The notes: generated from the sequence alone by a model not told the origin. Shown: positions 17,937 through 27,168, counted from the first letter of the stretch. The stretch is 36,387 bases of DNA from Anaerolineae bacterium (GCA_049697655.1 JBAVWD010000080.1:1-36387), one strand, 5' to 3'. A program made the numbers and translations.

Positions 17937-18419
17937 ATGGAGTTGTTGACCGTGACGATAGACAAACCTGAGGACTGCAACGTCATCCTCGGCCAGTCGC
18001 ATTTCATCAAGACAGTCGAGGATCTGCACGAGGCGCTGGTCAACTCAGTGCCCACTATCAGGTTCGGACTGGCCTTCTGCGAGGCGTCAGGCCCCTGTCT
18101 TGTGCGGTCCAGTGGAAACGATGATGGCCTGACCAAACTGGCGCGGGACAACGCCTTGGCCCTATCTGCTGGCCACACCTTCGTCATACTCATCAGAGAT
18201 GCATATGCTCTCAACGTGCTGGGCGCGATCAAGCAAGTCCCCGAGGTTTGCTCCATCTTCTGCGCTACGTCCAATCCTGTGGAGGTGATGTTGGCCGAGA
18301 CGGAGCAGGGCCGAGGAATCCTGGGAGTGGTGGACGGTTTCAAGTCAAAGGGCATAGAGACTGAAGACGATGTAGCCGAACGCAAGGACTTGCTGCGCAA
18401 GATCGGCTACAAGCTGTGA
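17937..18419 (+). CDS. Adenosine-specific kinase family protein (PF04008/DUF355-like)
   Basis: 160-aa ORF with SD AAGGAGGGG. The sequence style ([19 protein letters not shown]...[17 protein letters not shown]...NPVEV) matches my memory of this family. The family name is from recall and not searched. Confidence 0.7.
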   Translation: MELLTVTIDKPEDCNVILGQSHFIKTVEDLHEALVNSVPTIRFGLAFCEASGPCLVRSSGNDDGLTKLARDNALALSAGHTFVILIRDAYALNVLGAIKQVPEVCSIFCATSNPVEVMLAETEQGRGILGVVDGFKSKGIETEDDVAERKDLLRKIGYKL

Positions 18420-18472
18420 CTGGCCCAGGACCCTCCGATGGGCGAGCCGGTGGGCAGGTCTAGGAGCATACT

Positions 18473-18925
18473 GTGGGTCTCAAAGAGACGCTTGAGAACG
18501 ATTTGAAGGAAGCCCTCAGGAGCAAAGATGAGCGACGCAAGACAACGCTGCGCCTTGCGTTGGCTGCCATCCACAATGCCGAGATAGCAGAGGGCAAGGC
18601 ACTCGAAGAGGGCGAAGTGCTCGCCGTACTCTCGAAGGAGGCCAAGCAGCGGCGGGAATCAGCCGCGTTGTTTGCAGAGGGCGGCCGCGAGGATCTGGTC
18701 GATCAGGAAAACAAGGAACTGGAGATACTCACGGAGTACCTGCCCGAGCAACTGTCAGAGGCAGAGATAGAAGCCCGTGTGCGAGAGGTCATCGATGAAG
18801 TGGGAGCGACCAGTGCCGCGCAGATGGGCGACGTGATGCGTGTGCTGATGACACAGATGAAGGGTAAGGCTGATGGCCAGCTCGTCAATACCATAGTCAA
18901 GCGAATCCTGAGCGAGACTGCGTAG
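18473..18925 (+). CDS. yqeY: GatB/YqeY domain-containing protein
   Basis: 150-aa ORF with GTG start 5 nt after TAGGAG. The N-terminus LKETLENDLKEALRSKDE and the C-terminus GKADGQLVNTIVKRIL are typical of YqeY. Confidence 0.85.
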   Translation: MGLKETLENDLKEALRSKDERRKTTLRLALAAIHNAEIAEGKALEEGEVLAVLSKEAKQRRESAALFAEGGREDLVDQENKELEILTEYLPEQLSEAEIEARVREVIDEVGATSAAQMGDVMRVLMTQMKGKADGQLVNTIVKRILSETA

Positions 18926-18940
18926 TCGTCCCGCCACCTA

Positions 18941-19002
18941 GCGGCCAGCCCGAGGAAGGACCTGGCCGCTCGACGCCACTGTGGAGCGCTAATCGGCGCT
19001 CC
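18941..19002 (+). terminator. Two tandem GC-rich hairpins downstream of yqeY (possible terminator/attenuator)
   Basis: Hairpin 1 pairs GCGGCCAG (18941-18948) with CTGGCCGC (18962-18969), an 8-bp perfect stem with a 13-nt loop. Hairpin 2 pairs GGAGCGC (18984-18990) with GCGCTCC (18996-19002), a 7-bp stem with a 5-nt loop, followed by CTTGCTT (weak U-tract). Confidence 0.35.
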
Positions 19003-19084
19003 CTTGCTTACGCTGAGTTTGGGCCACGGAGACAACGTGTCTTTTGATACGGCCGAGAACGGGCTGGCCGCTGGCGAGCCAACC

Positions 19085-21226
19085 ATGCCGCTCACCGCGA
19101 GGAAAACCTTCCGGATCGTTCTGTTCTGCGTTCTCCTTATTGTGGCCCTCAGCTTCGTCTTGACCTTCCAGTTCCTGCCCCGGCAGCTCACCCTTGAGGT
19201 GGGCGACGTCAGTCCTCGTGATATTCGTGCTCCGGCCAGGATCACCTACGTGAGTGACGTGGAGACAGAAGCTGCACGCCATCAAGCCGAACTGGCTGTG
19301 CCCGACGTGTACGACTACGACCCCGCGGACACTACCGTTGCCCGAGAGCAAATCAACCATGCAAGGAAGATCTTTGACTACGTCGCAGCGGTACGGCACG
19401 ATGCGTATAGCACATCGGAAAAGAAGACGGAAATGGTCTCGGCCATTCCGGATTTCGACCTGTCGCCTACGTCGCTCGCCGACTCTGTCAGTATGGAAGA
19501 TGAGCTCTGGGACGAAGTCACCGCCAGGAGCTTGGAGATCCTCAGTGAAGTCATGGACCAAGAGATCAGGGCCGAGCAACTCGCCACAGTAAGAGACCAG
19601 TTGCACGTCTTTGAGCCCGACCTGACGGAACCACAGGCTGCGCTCGTCGAGGAATGGGTGGCACACTTCATAGTCCCCAACAGCTTCCCCAATCCTCAAG
19701 CCACCGAGGAGGCCAAGGTCAGGGCCCGGGAGGCGGTGGAACCCGTCTACATCACTCTCGAGGAAGGTCAGACCATCGTACGGGAAGGCGAGGTCACCAG
19801 CGATGTTGCCTGGGAAGCGCTGGTCAAACTTCGTCTGCTTCAGCCCCGCGTGGAGTGGTCAGACATCGCAGCTCGTATCCTATTCACCTCTCTGCTCGTC
19901 TTCATCCTGGCCCTCTACCTCACCATCTTGCACCCAAGCTTCTGGGCCAACTGGCGCGACATACTCCTCCTGGGCGTTCTGGTAACACTGTCCATTCTGG
20001 TCGCGAAGCTGATGATCCCCGGTCACGTAGTGCTGGGGTACCTGGTTCCCCTGGCTGCCGCTTCCATGCTGCTAACAACTCTGGTGGACACCGAGATAGC
20101 GATCGTCGTCACAGCCGTACTCAGCCCCATCATCGGTCTGATAGCGGGAGGATCCCTCGAATTCGCCGTCTACTGCTTCGCTGGCGGAGTGGCGGCGTCA
20201 CTCAGGCTTTGGCGCACAGAGAGGCTGAACGCCTTCTTGTGGGCAGGGGTCTATGCCGCGCTCAGCAACCTGAGTGTGGTCCTCGTCTTCCGTGCTCTCG
20301 AACAGGACCACGACCTCCTGGGGACCCTCCAGATCGCAGGGGCGAGCGTCGGCAGCGCGGTCCTGGCCATGAGCCTCACTCTGGGGGGGTTCTTTCTCTT
20401 CAGCAATGCGTTGAACATCACCACCTCGCTTCAACTGCTGGAGCTCGGAAGGCCAACGCATCCTCTCCTGAGCGAACTGCTGATGAAGGCCCCTGGAACG
20501 TACCACCACAGCCTGATGGTGGGCAACATGGCGGAGCAGGCAGCTCAGGCGGTCGGCGCCAATCCGCTCTTGGCTAGAGTGGGGGCCTACTACCACGACA
20601 TCGGAAAGATGCTGCGACCCTACTTCTTCGCAGAGAACCAAACGGATGGCGAAAACCCGCATGACCGGCTAGATCCGGAAACGAGCGCTCAGATCATCAC
20701 TTCTCACGTGAAGGACGGCCTTCAGCTTGCCAGGAAGCATAGATTGCCGAACGAGATACAGGACTTCATCCCTCAACACCACGGGACCGCCATGCCAAGT
20801 TACTTCTACCGCCAGGCCTGTGCGCAAAACGGAGTGTCGCGACAGACGGACAAGACGAGATTTCGATATCCTGGACCCAGGCCTCGAACGCGTGAAGCAG
20901 CCATCCTGATGCTGGCCGACGAGGCAGAAGCTGCCTCCCGAGCCAATCGACCTCGGTCCGTGGAGGAGATTGAGGAACTCGTTGACGGGCTGATCCAGAA
21001 CCGTGTAGGAGACGGCCAGCTTGATGACAGTGACCTGACACTTCGGGATTTGCAGAAGGTGAGAGAGACGTTGGTAACCGTCCTCCAGGGCAGCTACCAT
21101 CCACGCATCAAGTATCCCGAAGACAACCTCGCAGAGAAAGGCGAGGAGGAAGACGTTGCAGATCGACCTAAGCGTGCAGACCGATCCCGAGTTCGAGGGA
21201 GACGCAAACCACCAACATCTGAATGA
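19085..21226 (+). CDS. pgpH: 7TM-receptor/HD-domain phosphohydrolase (PgpH/YqfF family, putative c-di-AMP phosphodiesterase)
   Basis: N-terminal signal anchor (FRIVLFCVLLIVALSFVL), an extracytoplasmic domain and about 7 TM helices. The HD/HDIG domain includes TYHHSLMVGNMAE, YYHDIGK and QHHGT. The start is chosen at ATG 19085. The ORF is open to TTG 19004, but that extension overlaps the hairpins and has no homologous character. Confidence 0.88.
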   Translation: MPLTARKTFRIVLFCVLLIVALSFVLTFQFLPRQLTLEVGDVSPRDIRAPARITYVSDVETEAARHQAELAVPDVYDYDPADTTVAREQINHARKIFDYVAAVRHDAYSTSEKKTEMVSAIPDFDLSPTSLADSVSMEDELWDEVTARSLEILSEVMDQEIRAEQLATVRDQLHVFEPDLTEPQAALVEEWVAHFIVPNSFPNPQATEEAKVRAREAVEPVYITLEEGQTIVREGEVTSDVAWEALVKLRLLQPRVEWSDIAARILFTSLLVFILALYLTILHPSFWANWRDILLLGVLVTLSILVAKLMIPGHVVLGYLVPLAAASMLLTTLVDTEIAIVVTAVLSPIIGLIAGGSLEFAVYCFAGGVAASLRLWRTERLNAFLWAGVYAALSNLSVVLVFRALEQDHDLLGTLQIAGASVGSAVLAMSLTLGGFFLFSNALNITTSLQLLELGRPTHPLLSELLMKAPGTYHHSLMVGNMAEQAAQAVGANPLLARVGAYYHDIGKMLRPYFFAENQTDGENPHDRLDPETSAQIITSHVKDGLQLARKHRLPNEIQDFIPQHHGTAMPSYFYRQACAQNGVSRQTDKTRFRYPGPRPRTREAAILMLADEAEAASRANRPRSVEEIEELVDGLIQNRVGDGQLDDSDLTLRDLQKVRETLVTVLQGSYHPRIKYPEDNLAEKGEEEDVADRPKRADRSRVRGRRKPPTSE

Positions 21227-21623
21227 AGTGGTTCTGAGCGCCGTCAACCAGGAAGCATCTGATGAGACCTGGACCTTGGGGTTGCTCATCACCAACGACG
21301 AGAACATCAGGAAATTGAACGCTCAGTATCGCGGGGAGGACAGCTTCACCGATGTCCTCGCCTTCGCCTCAGGCGAGGACTCTGATGGCTTCGTCTCACC
21401 TCCCTGCACACCGCCTCACCTGGGTGACATCGCCATCTCCTACCCTCGCGCCGTCGCCCAGGCTGCACAGTTCGGCCACTCCACTGCCGAGGAACTTGAC
21501 CGTCTTGTGGTCCACGGAGTGCTCCACCTTCTGGGGTACGACGACCAGACTCGAGTACAGCGAAAGGCTATGTGGGCGCGACAGGAAGCCATCGTCCGCG
21601 CATTCCATCCCCACGGAGCATGA
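21156..21623 (+). CDS. ybeY: rRNA maturation endoribonuclease YbeY
   Basis: 155-aa ORF with TTG start 6 nt after GAGGAGG. It has the motif TDVLAFA and the zinc-binding HGVLHLLGYDD. It overlaps the pgpH 3' end by 71 nt. Confidence 0.9.
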   Translation: MQIDLSVQTDPEFEGDANHQHLNEVVLSAVNQEASDETWTLGLLITNDENIRKLNAQYRGEDSFTDVLAFASGEDSDGFVSPPCTPPHLGDIAISYPRAVAQAAQFGHSTAEELDRLVVHGVLHLLGYDDQTRVQRKAMWARQEAIVRAFHPHGA

Positions 21624-21693
21624 TTCCGCAGGGCGATGCCGGCACCCGAGGGATTGGTGGACCGTGTGAGGCTAGAAGGATCATGGACTGCTG

Positions 21694-22074
21694 ATGCGCA
21701 CTCAGCCTGGCACCCTGATTGAAAGCTTCCGGCACGCCTTCGCGGGGCTGGCGCACGCTCTGCGTACGCAGCGGAACGCCCGTATCCACGTCTTGGTCGC
21801 AGTCGCGGTCATCGTCCTCGGAGTGGCTCTGGGAATCGAATCCATCAAGTGGGCCATGATAGTCCTCACGATTGGCTTCGTTTTCGTGGCCGAGTTGTTC
21901 AACACCGTGGTCGAGGCAGTGATCGATCTGGTAACGGAGGAGTATCGTCCCTTGGCCAAGACTGCGAAGGATGTAGCCGCCGGTGCTGTGTTGATCGCGG
22001 CCGTCACGGCGGTCATCGTGGGAGTCCTGCTGCTGGGACCGCCGTTGATGGCCAGGCTCGGATGGAGGCCCTGA
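21694..22074 (+). CDS. dgkA: Diacylglycerol kinase (DgkA family)
   Basis: 126-aa ORF. The N-terminal amphipathic segment SFRHAFAGLAHALRTQRNARIH is followed by three TM helices and the motif AELFNTVVEAVIDLV. It sits in the conserved pgpH-ybeY-dgkA order. Confidence 0.88.
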   Translation: MRTQPGTLIESFRHAFAGLAHALRTQRNARIHVLVAVAVIVLGVALGIESIKWAMIVLTIGFVFVAELFNTVVEAVIDLVTEEYRPLAKTAKDVAAGAVLIAAVTAVIVGVLLLGPPLMARLGWRP

Positions 22075-23224
22075 TGGCCAGGCGCTTCGATGTGATCGTC
22101 GTCGGAGGCGGACCTGCCGGTGGAACGGCGGCGTACGAGCTTGCTCGCAGAGGCGTGCAAGTCCTGGTTCTGGAGAAAGAGCGGCTGCCTCGCTACAAGG
22201 TCTGCGCAGGCGGTGTCACGCTAAAGACTGTCTCCAGCTCCTGGACTTCGATCTCAGGCCCGCCTTCGAAGACCAGATAGCCCGCGGAGTATGCTCTTAC
22301 AAGGGCGGGTCCCCAGTCAGGATCGACTTTGGAGAGGCAGTGGGCTGGACGGTGATGTGGGACAAGCTGGACTACCTGATCCTCCAGGAGGCCGTCCGGG
22401 CTGGTGCCCAGGTGCTGGATGAACAGAAGGTCAGAGAAGTTCAGTTCCTGGAAGATAGCGTTGTGGTTAGCGCCGCCCTCCGCGACTATACTTGTTCGAT
22501 GCTGGTCGGCGCGGACGGCGCCAACGGCAGCGTGGCCCACTTCGCCAACCTGCAAAGACCTCGCAGTTCTGCCATCGCGGTGGAGGCCGAGGTCCAGGTT
22601 TCTGGGAAAGCACTGGAGAACCGGCGTGGTTGCGTCCACTACGATTTCGGTTGTACTCCAAGAGGATACGGCTGGGTTTTTCCTAAGAGGGAGATCCTCT
22701 CCGTGGGCGTCGGTACCTTTTGCGGAAAGGCGACGAACCTCAAAGCATCGCTCTTGGCATGGCTGGACATACTCGGGCTTCCATCCAGCCCGCACATGGC
22801 GAGGATGCGAGGGCACCTAGTGCCTTTGGGAGGAGAAGCTCGCGTCTTGCACGGCCGGCGAGTTCTGCTCACCGGGGATGCCGCTGGTCTCGCGGAACCG
22901 ATGACGGGCGAAGGGATATATTACGCTGTGAGGAGCGCGCAGATCGCTGCTGACACCATTCGGAAGGCGCTGCTGGACCACGGCGCGAATCTATCGTCAT
23001 ACAGCGAAAGGGTCAATGCCGAGATAGCCAGCGACCTGAAACACGCGAAGCGCCTGGCCAGCCTGCTCTACCGCTTCCCTGGCCTGTGCTTCCACTTTTT
23101 CGTCAGGAGCCCCGCAGTGCAATGGGAAGTGACCCACGTACTCTGCGGCCGATCAAGCTTCAAGGGACTGTACCGCGAACTGCTGAAGTCCGCGCCCACA
23201 GTGCTATTCTCCGGGCTCCGGTAG
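22074..23224 (+). pseudogene. Geranylgeranyl-reductase-family FAD-dependent oxidoreductase, interrupted by a -1 frameshift near 22230-22234
   Basis: ATG 22074 overlaps the dgkA stop (TGATG) and encodes MARRFDVIVVGGGPAGGTAAYELARRGVQVLVLEKERLPRYKVCAGGVTLKTV. That frame then runs into SSSWTSISGPPSKTR-stop at 22280. The -1 frame is open from about 22232 to 23224. It reads LQLLDFDLRPAFEDQIARGV...MLVGADGANGSVA...LLTGDAAGLAEPMTGEGIYYA, which is the expected continuation of this family. Confidence 0.75.
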
Positions 23225-23298
23225 CAGCGGCCTCGACGACCAAGCGAGCGCGGCGCCGTTGGCCCCCGGCGGACTCCCAGAGCCCAGACAGGACACGC

Positions 23299-23625
23299 TT
23301 ATTGAGACGCAGCGTGCTGAGCTTTGCCCGTCGATCGTGAGCGCACAAGGTACGCAGCCACGCCCACAAGGGGCACCAGTGAGCCCACAGTCGCCCCCAC
23401 CACCAACGCCCAGCGCCGATGCTCAGCAGGCTCGGCCACGCGCAGCTTGGACCTGCAACGCATCGTCTCCATGAGGCCATCATGAAGCTGCCGCCGGAAG
23501 ACTGGTCCCGGATGCACGTGCGGGTAAAGCCCAACGATTTCATCGGCCAGATGGGGGTCCCACAAATCGGGCTGTGCAGCCTTTGTCGTAGGTGCCAGGC
23601 TCCCACTGTCAGGTTTCTTGCTCAT
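23299..23625 (-). CDS. Hypothetical small tail-anchored membrane protein (108 aa)
   Basis: ATG 23625 lies 8 nt after GGGAG and 53 nt downstream of the degV stop on the same strand. There is a single C-terminal TM helix (RWALVVGATVGSLVPLVGVAAYLV). Codon usage resembles the neighbours. I recognised no family, so the coding status is moderately uncertain. Confidence 0.45.
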   Translation of the reverse strand: MSKKPDSGSLAPTTKAAQPDLWDPHLADEIVGLYPHVHPGPVFRRQLHDGLMETMRCRSKLRVAEPAEHRRWALVVGATVGSLVPLVGVAAYLVRSRSTGKAQHAASQ

Positions 23626-23678
23626 CGCCAACACTCCCACAGCCGCCCAGGGCCACAAATACGCGGTTCAGCAGGGCC

Positions 23679-24524
23679 TCATACCTTGTAGAAGCACAAT
23701 CCAATGACGCCAGGTCCGAAATGGACCGTCAGGGATGCGCAAAGTTCCGTCAGATAGAACTCGTTGCAGTTGAACCTCTCCTTTGCCCTGGAGAATATCT
23801 CTTGTCCCACTTCCGGTGCCCTGGCGTGGATCACACCCAAGTTTATGGGGACTGTGGTGCCGACCCTCTCCTCCATGATGTCCAGCAAACGATCCAGGGA
23901 TTTCTTCCGCGTCCTGACCTTCTCTAGGGTTTCGAGAAGCCCATCCTCCAGACTGACAATGGGCTTCATGTTAAGTATGGAGCCCAGGGCCGCCGACAAC
24001 CCGCCGACGCGACCGCTCTTCCGCGGATACTCGAGACTCTCCAACACCAGTATCACGTTTACGCGGGACCTGATCTCGTCCAGGCGAGCCACTATCTCCT
24101 CCGGCGTCTTGCCGGCACGGGCCATCCGAGAGGCTTCCACACACGCCAGGCCAAGCGCGGCCGAGCCCGCGAGACTGTCATGCGGATAGACTTTGACCTC
24201 ACCGCTGACCTGCTCAGCCGCCATGCACGCTGACTGATACGTGCCACTCAGCTTGCCGGTCACGTGCGTGGAGATGATGGCGTCGGCACCCTCACTGGCC
24301 AGGCGACGGTACACTTCTGTTAACGCGCCCACCGAAGGCTGTGATGTTGTCGGCAGGATCCCCATCTCCTCTATCTTCCGGTAGAAGAGGTCCCAGTCCA
24401 TGTTGACCCCTTCCTGGTAGGAATCCGTCCCAAACTGGATGTTGATGGGCACGAAGGTGATGTCGTGCTCTTTCACCATCTCCGGCAGCAGATCACATGT
24501 GGTGTCAGTCACTATCTTGATCAC
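23679..24524 (-). CDS. degV: DegV-family fatty-acid-binding protein (FakB-like)
   Basis: 281-aa ORF with GTG start 7 nt after AAGGAGG. It has the typical DegV N-terminus IKIVTDTTCDL and the motifs PTTSQPSVG and HVTGKLSGTYQSA. Confidence 0.9.
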   Translation of the reverse strand: MIKIVTDTTCDLLPEMVKEHDITFVPINIQFGTDSYQEGVNMDWDLFYRKIEEMGILPTTSQPSVGALTEVYRRLASEGADAIISTHVTGKLSGTYQSACMAAEQVSGEVKVYPHDSLAGSAALGLACVEASRMARAGKTPEEIVARLDEIRSRVNVILVLESLEYPRKSGRVGGLSAALGSILNMKPIVSLEDGLLETLEKVRTRKKSLDRLLDIMEERVGTTVPINLGVIHARAPEVGQEIFSRAKERFNCNEFYLTELCASLTVHFGPGVIGLCFYKV

Positions 24525-24571
24525 TTCCTCTCCTCCTTGTTTGATTGTCGTCGTCTTCAGAACTCCACGCC

Positions 24572-25123
24572 CTACCCCGTGTGCCCTCTCCTCTCCAGGT
24601 CCTTTCTGAGGGCACTCAGGGTACGGTGATAGAGGGCTTTGATCGCACCTTCACTGCGACCCATCACCCTGCCGATCTCTTTGTTGCTCAGGTCCGCAGA
24701 GTACTTCAGCACCAGCAATTCCTGCCGATCCGGGGGAAGCCTCGAGATGGCTTCCCTCAGAACCTCCACGCGCTCGCGAGACTCCGCGAACTGCTCGGCC
24801 GACTCCCTGCCGTCGCCGACCATGGCCAGACTATCCAGAGGAATGCCGACCCGACGTGTCCGATCCCTGTGCCAGTTGGCCACCAAGTTGTGCGCGATGC
24901 GATACAACCAGGCCGAGAAGGGCAAGCCCCTGTAGCGATACCCTTCCAGATTAGCCAAAGCTTTGTAGAAAGTCCTGGCAGTCAGATCCTCGGCATCGTA
25001 CCGGTTTCCGGTGCGATAGAAAACGTACTGGTATATCTGACCCACGTACGTCTCATACAGGACGCCAAAGGCTTCTGGATCCTCCTTGGCCCTTTCCACC
25101 AGCTTCTCTTCGGGGTCGCCCAA
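24572..25123 (-). CDS. ECF-type RNA polymerase sigma-70 family factor
   Basis: 183-aa ORF with TTG start 7 nt after GGAG. Region 2 reads AFGVLYETYVGQIYQYVFYRTGNRYDAEDLTARTF...WLYRIAHNLVANWHRD. Region 4 reads LPPDRQELLVLKYSADLSNKEIGRVMGRSEGAIKALYHRTLSALR. Confidence 0.9.
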   Translation of the reverse strand: MGDPEEKLVERAKEDPEAFGVLYETYVGQIYQYVFYRTGNRYDAEDLTARTFYKALANLEGYRYRGLPFSAWLYRIAHNLVANWHRDRTRRVGIPLDSLAMVGDGRESAEQFAESRERVEVLREAISRLPPDRQELLVLKYSADLSNKEIGRVMGRSEGAIKALYHRTLSALRKDLERRGHTG

Positions 25124-25212
25124 GATGCAACTCCGTCTCGCCTCGGAGCGTCCTCACAACTAGAACACTCTCCGGCCAGTTCAGTTACGATAGCGTATCC
25201 GCACGTCACAAA

Positions 25213-27168
25213 TCACTCGACGACCAAGATCGGAGGAAGCAGAGCACGATCCGCGCCGCGCGCAGGGTATCCAAAGACCGGCAAGCGCTGCAATCCGGGG
25301 TACGAATACAGACCGACTTCCAAGCCGTATCTCCCAGGCGGCAGGTCCCGAGGTATCGAAATGATGTACTCGTCCCTCAGCGGCTCGCCCACGGGCCAGA
25401 CCGTAGGCCTGAAATACTCGTTCAGAGGCACCTTGTCGTGGCCGGCCACAGCCCGGCTTCCTTCCGCCAGCAGATGGGCAAAGGCGTGATAGTCCTCCTT
25501 CGGCTCGCTCAGGGCTCTCCACTTCAGCGCCAGGTGAATGTCGTCACCAGGATGGAATTGACGGCCATCGATCTCGAAACCCACCAGTTCTACCTGGTTA
25601 TCGAAATTGGCCTCTAGCGGCTCATACGCGAGTGGCGAGAATGTGAAGCGCTCCCCTTCGTGCCGCGGGGAGAAGACAAGAACCCTCACTCCAGTCCTCC
25701 CAGCGAAAGACCTCGCCTCGGTAGCCTGTGCGTAGGTCCACAGATGGGCCACGATCAAGTTCTGAGGGTCGGTGATCTCGTTTCCCGACAACACCAACCA
25801 TACCCGACCAACTGCCCGGCCGGCCAGCAGACCATTCAATGCCTGCACGACCTGCTCTTCGTCCAGCCACTCCCCGAACTGGGGTATGTCAACCCAGGGA
25901 AGACATCCGCCATAGTACGGCAGGAAAGCCGTGGAGATGCCACCTCCGCTCATCACTACCACGTCCCCATCCCTCTCATTGCCGCCGACGAAAAGCGCCG
26001 CTGAGCGGAAGTCATCTCGCGCGTACTCGGGGGAGAAGTAGTAGTTGTCCAGCGCCTGCGCCCAACAGGGTGCTATCCCGCCTACCAGGCACAGCACGGC
26101 CACCAGTGCCAATACCCTGCCGAGACCTCCATGTCGGACGATGACCGACCAGAGCCAACCGAAGCCACCAGCGGCCAGGAGATAGCCCGCAGGGGCGGCG
26201 ATAGCCAGATAGCGCGCCACATACAGCTCTCGCCACCTTGAGAGTATCAGCATCCCTACTACGGGGACGGCAAAGTACAGTGCCAACAGCGCGGCGTGCC
26301 GCCTGGGCTGCAACACGAAAAGACCAACGATGGCTCCCATGGCAAGAGCGCCCATGCCCAAGAGGGCCTTGGCCGGAGTGAGGTTGCCACCGCTTGTGAA
26401 ATGGTACCATAAGTCCCCCATCACCTGCAGAGGGCTGAGGGGACTTCTCCAGAAACCGTACCTGTCAGCCGATGAGGACGAGACGTAGCCCACGAGAGGC
26501 GCGCAGGACGCAAGGGCAGCCGCCTGGCAGGCCGCGCCAACCACCAGTGTCTTCCAGTGCCGTCTCCGCACTGACTCAACCGCCACTACCACCAGCCCCC
26601 AAGGGAGGAGAAAAACGCTGAAGTAGTGCGCGTACAGGGCCGCCATCGTCGACAGGACGTACAGAATCCAGCCCTCCACCTGACCCGGACGGCGCAGTGC
26701 CCGCAGCAGAAGGTACACCGAAAGCAGGCTCAAGAAGAGCCACAAGGAGTAGACGCGTGCCTCCTGAGAGTAGTACACAAGAAACGGCGAGAACGTCCCA
26801 ATCAGCGCTGCGATAACTCCTGTTTCCGGCGTAGCCAGAGTGCGACCCAGCAAATACAGCAGCGCCACTACTAGAACGCCGAAGAACACCGATAAGGCCC
26901 GCGCTGCGAATGGCGTCTGACCAACCACACCGGACCAGGCGTGAAACGCGAAGGAATGTAGGGGAAGCCACCCCACCGGGTTATTGTCCACAATCTGCCG
27001 AGCGCTCTGGCTCGCCAGATGAAGGGCAAAGCCCTCGTCAAACCAGAGACTCTGAGCGTCGAGCCGGTAGATACGCAGACCGAAGGCAACAGCCAGCACA
27101 AGACAGAGGACAAGACGGAGCCGAACTCTTCCTAAAGGGAGACCACAACTCGTCGACCGAGCACTCAT
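25213..27168 (-). CDS. GT39/ArnT-like (PMT_2) polytopic membrane glycosyltransferase with C-terminal extracytoplasmic domain
   Basis: 651-aa ORF. The N-terminal half has more than 10 TM helices, with the first-loop motif LRIYRLDAQSLWFDEGF typical of ArnT/PMT-like enzymes. A soluble C-terminal domain of about 250 aa follows. Confidence 0.8.
   Translation of the reverse strand: MSARSTSCGLPLGRVRLRLVLCLVLAVAFGLRIYRLDAQSLWFDEGFALHLASQSARQIVDNNPVGWLPLHSFAFHAWSGVVGQTPFAARALSVFFGVLVVALLYLLGRTLATPETGVIAALIGTFSPFLVYYSQEARVYSLWLFLSLLSVYLLLRALRRPGQVEGWILYVLSTMAALYAHYFSVFLLPWGLVVVAVESVRRRHWKTLVVGAACQAAALASCAPLVGYVSSSSADRYGFWRSPLSPLQVMGDLWYHFTSGGNLTPAKALLGMGALAMGAIVGLFVLQPRRHAALLALYFAVPVVGMLILSRWRELYVARYLAIAAPAGYLLAAGGFGWLWSVIVRHGGLGRVLALVAVLCLVGGIAPCWAQALDNYYFSPEYARDDFRSAALFVGGNERDGDVVVMSGGGISTAFLPYYGGCLPWVDIPQFGEWLDEEQVVQALNGLLAGRAVGRVWLVLSGNEITDPQNLIVAHLWTYAQATEARSFAGRTGVRVLVFSPRHEGERFTFSPLAYEPLEANFDNQVELVGFEIDGRQFHPGDDIHLALKWRALSEPKEDYHAFAHLLAEGSRAVAGHDKVPLNEYFRPTVWPVGEPLRDEYIISIPRDLPPGRYGLEVGLYSYPGLQRLPVFGYPARGADRALLPPILVVE

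Noticed and set aside
19654-20577. 307-aa ORF in an alternative plus-strand frame inside pgpH
   Set aside because: The composition is R/G/P/S-rich with no start signal, and it overlaps the TM/HD region of a well-supported gene. This is a frame-shadow artefact.
22224-22240. Programmed -1 ribosomal frameshift in the geranylgeranyl-reductase-family gene
   Set aside because: There is no slippery heptamer at the junction and no obvious downstream pseudoknot or hairpin. A 1-nt deletion (real or an assembly error) is the simpler explanation.
23160-23606. 148-aa minus-strand ORF as an alternative reading of the degV-downstream gap
   Set aside because: Its translation is Trp/Arg/Cys-rich and unnatural-looking, and it overlaps the 3' end of the reductase gene. 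The 23299-23625 frame has an SD, a clean TM helix and normal codon usage, so I preferred it, though with only moderate confidence.
24545-25489. 314-aa plus-strand ORF antisense to the ECF sigma gene and the 3' end of the GT39-like gene
   Set aside because: It spans two well-supported minus-strand genes and their intergenic gap. It has no SD and a biased composition.
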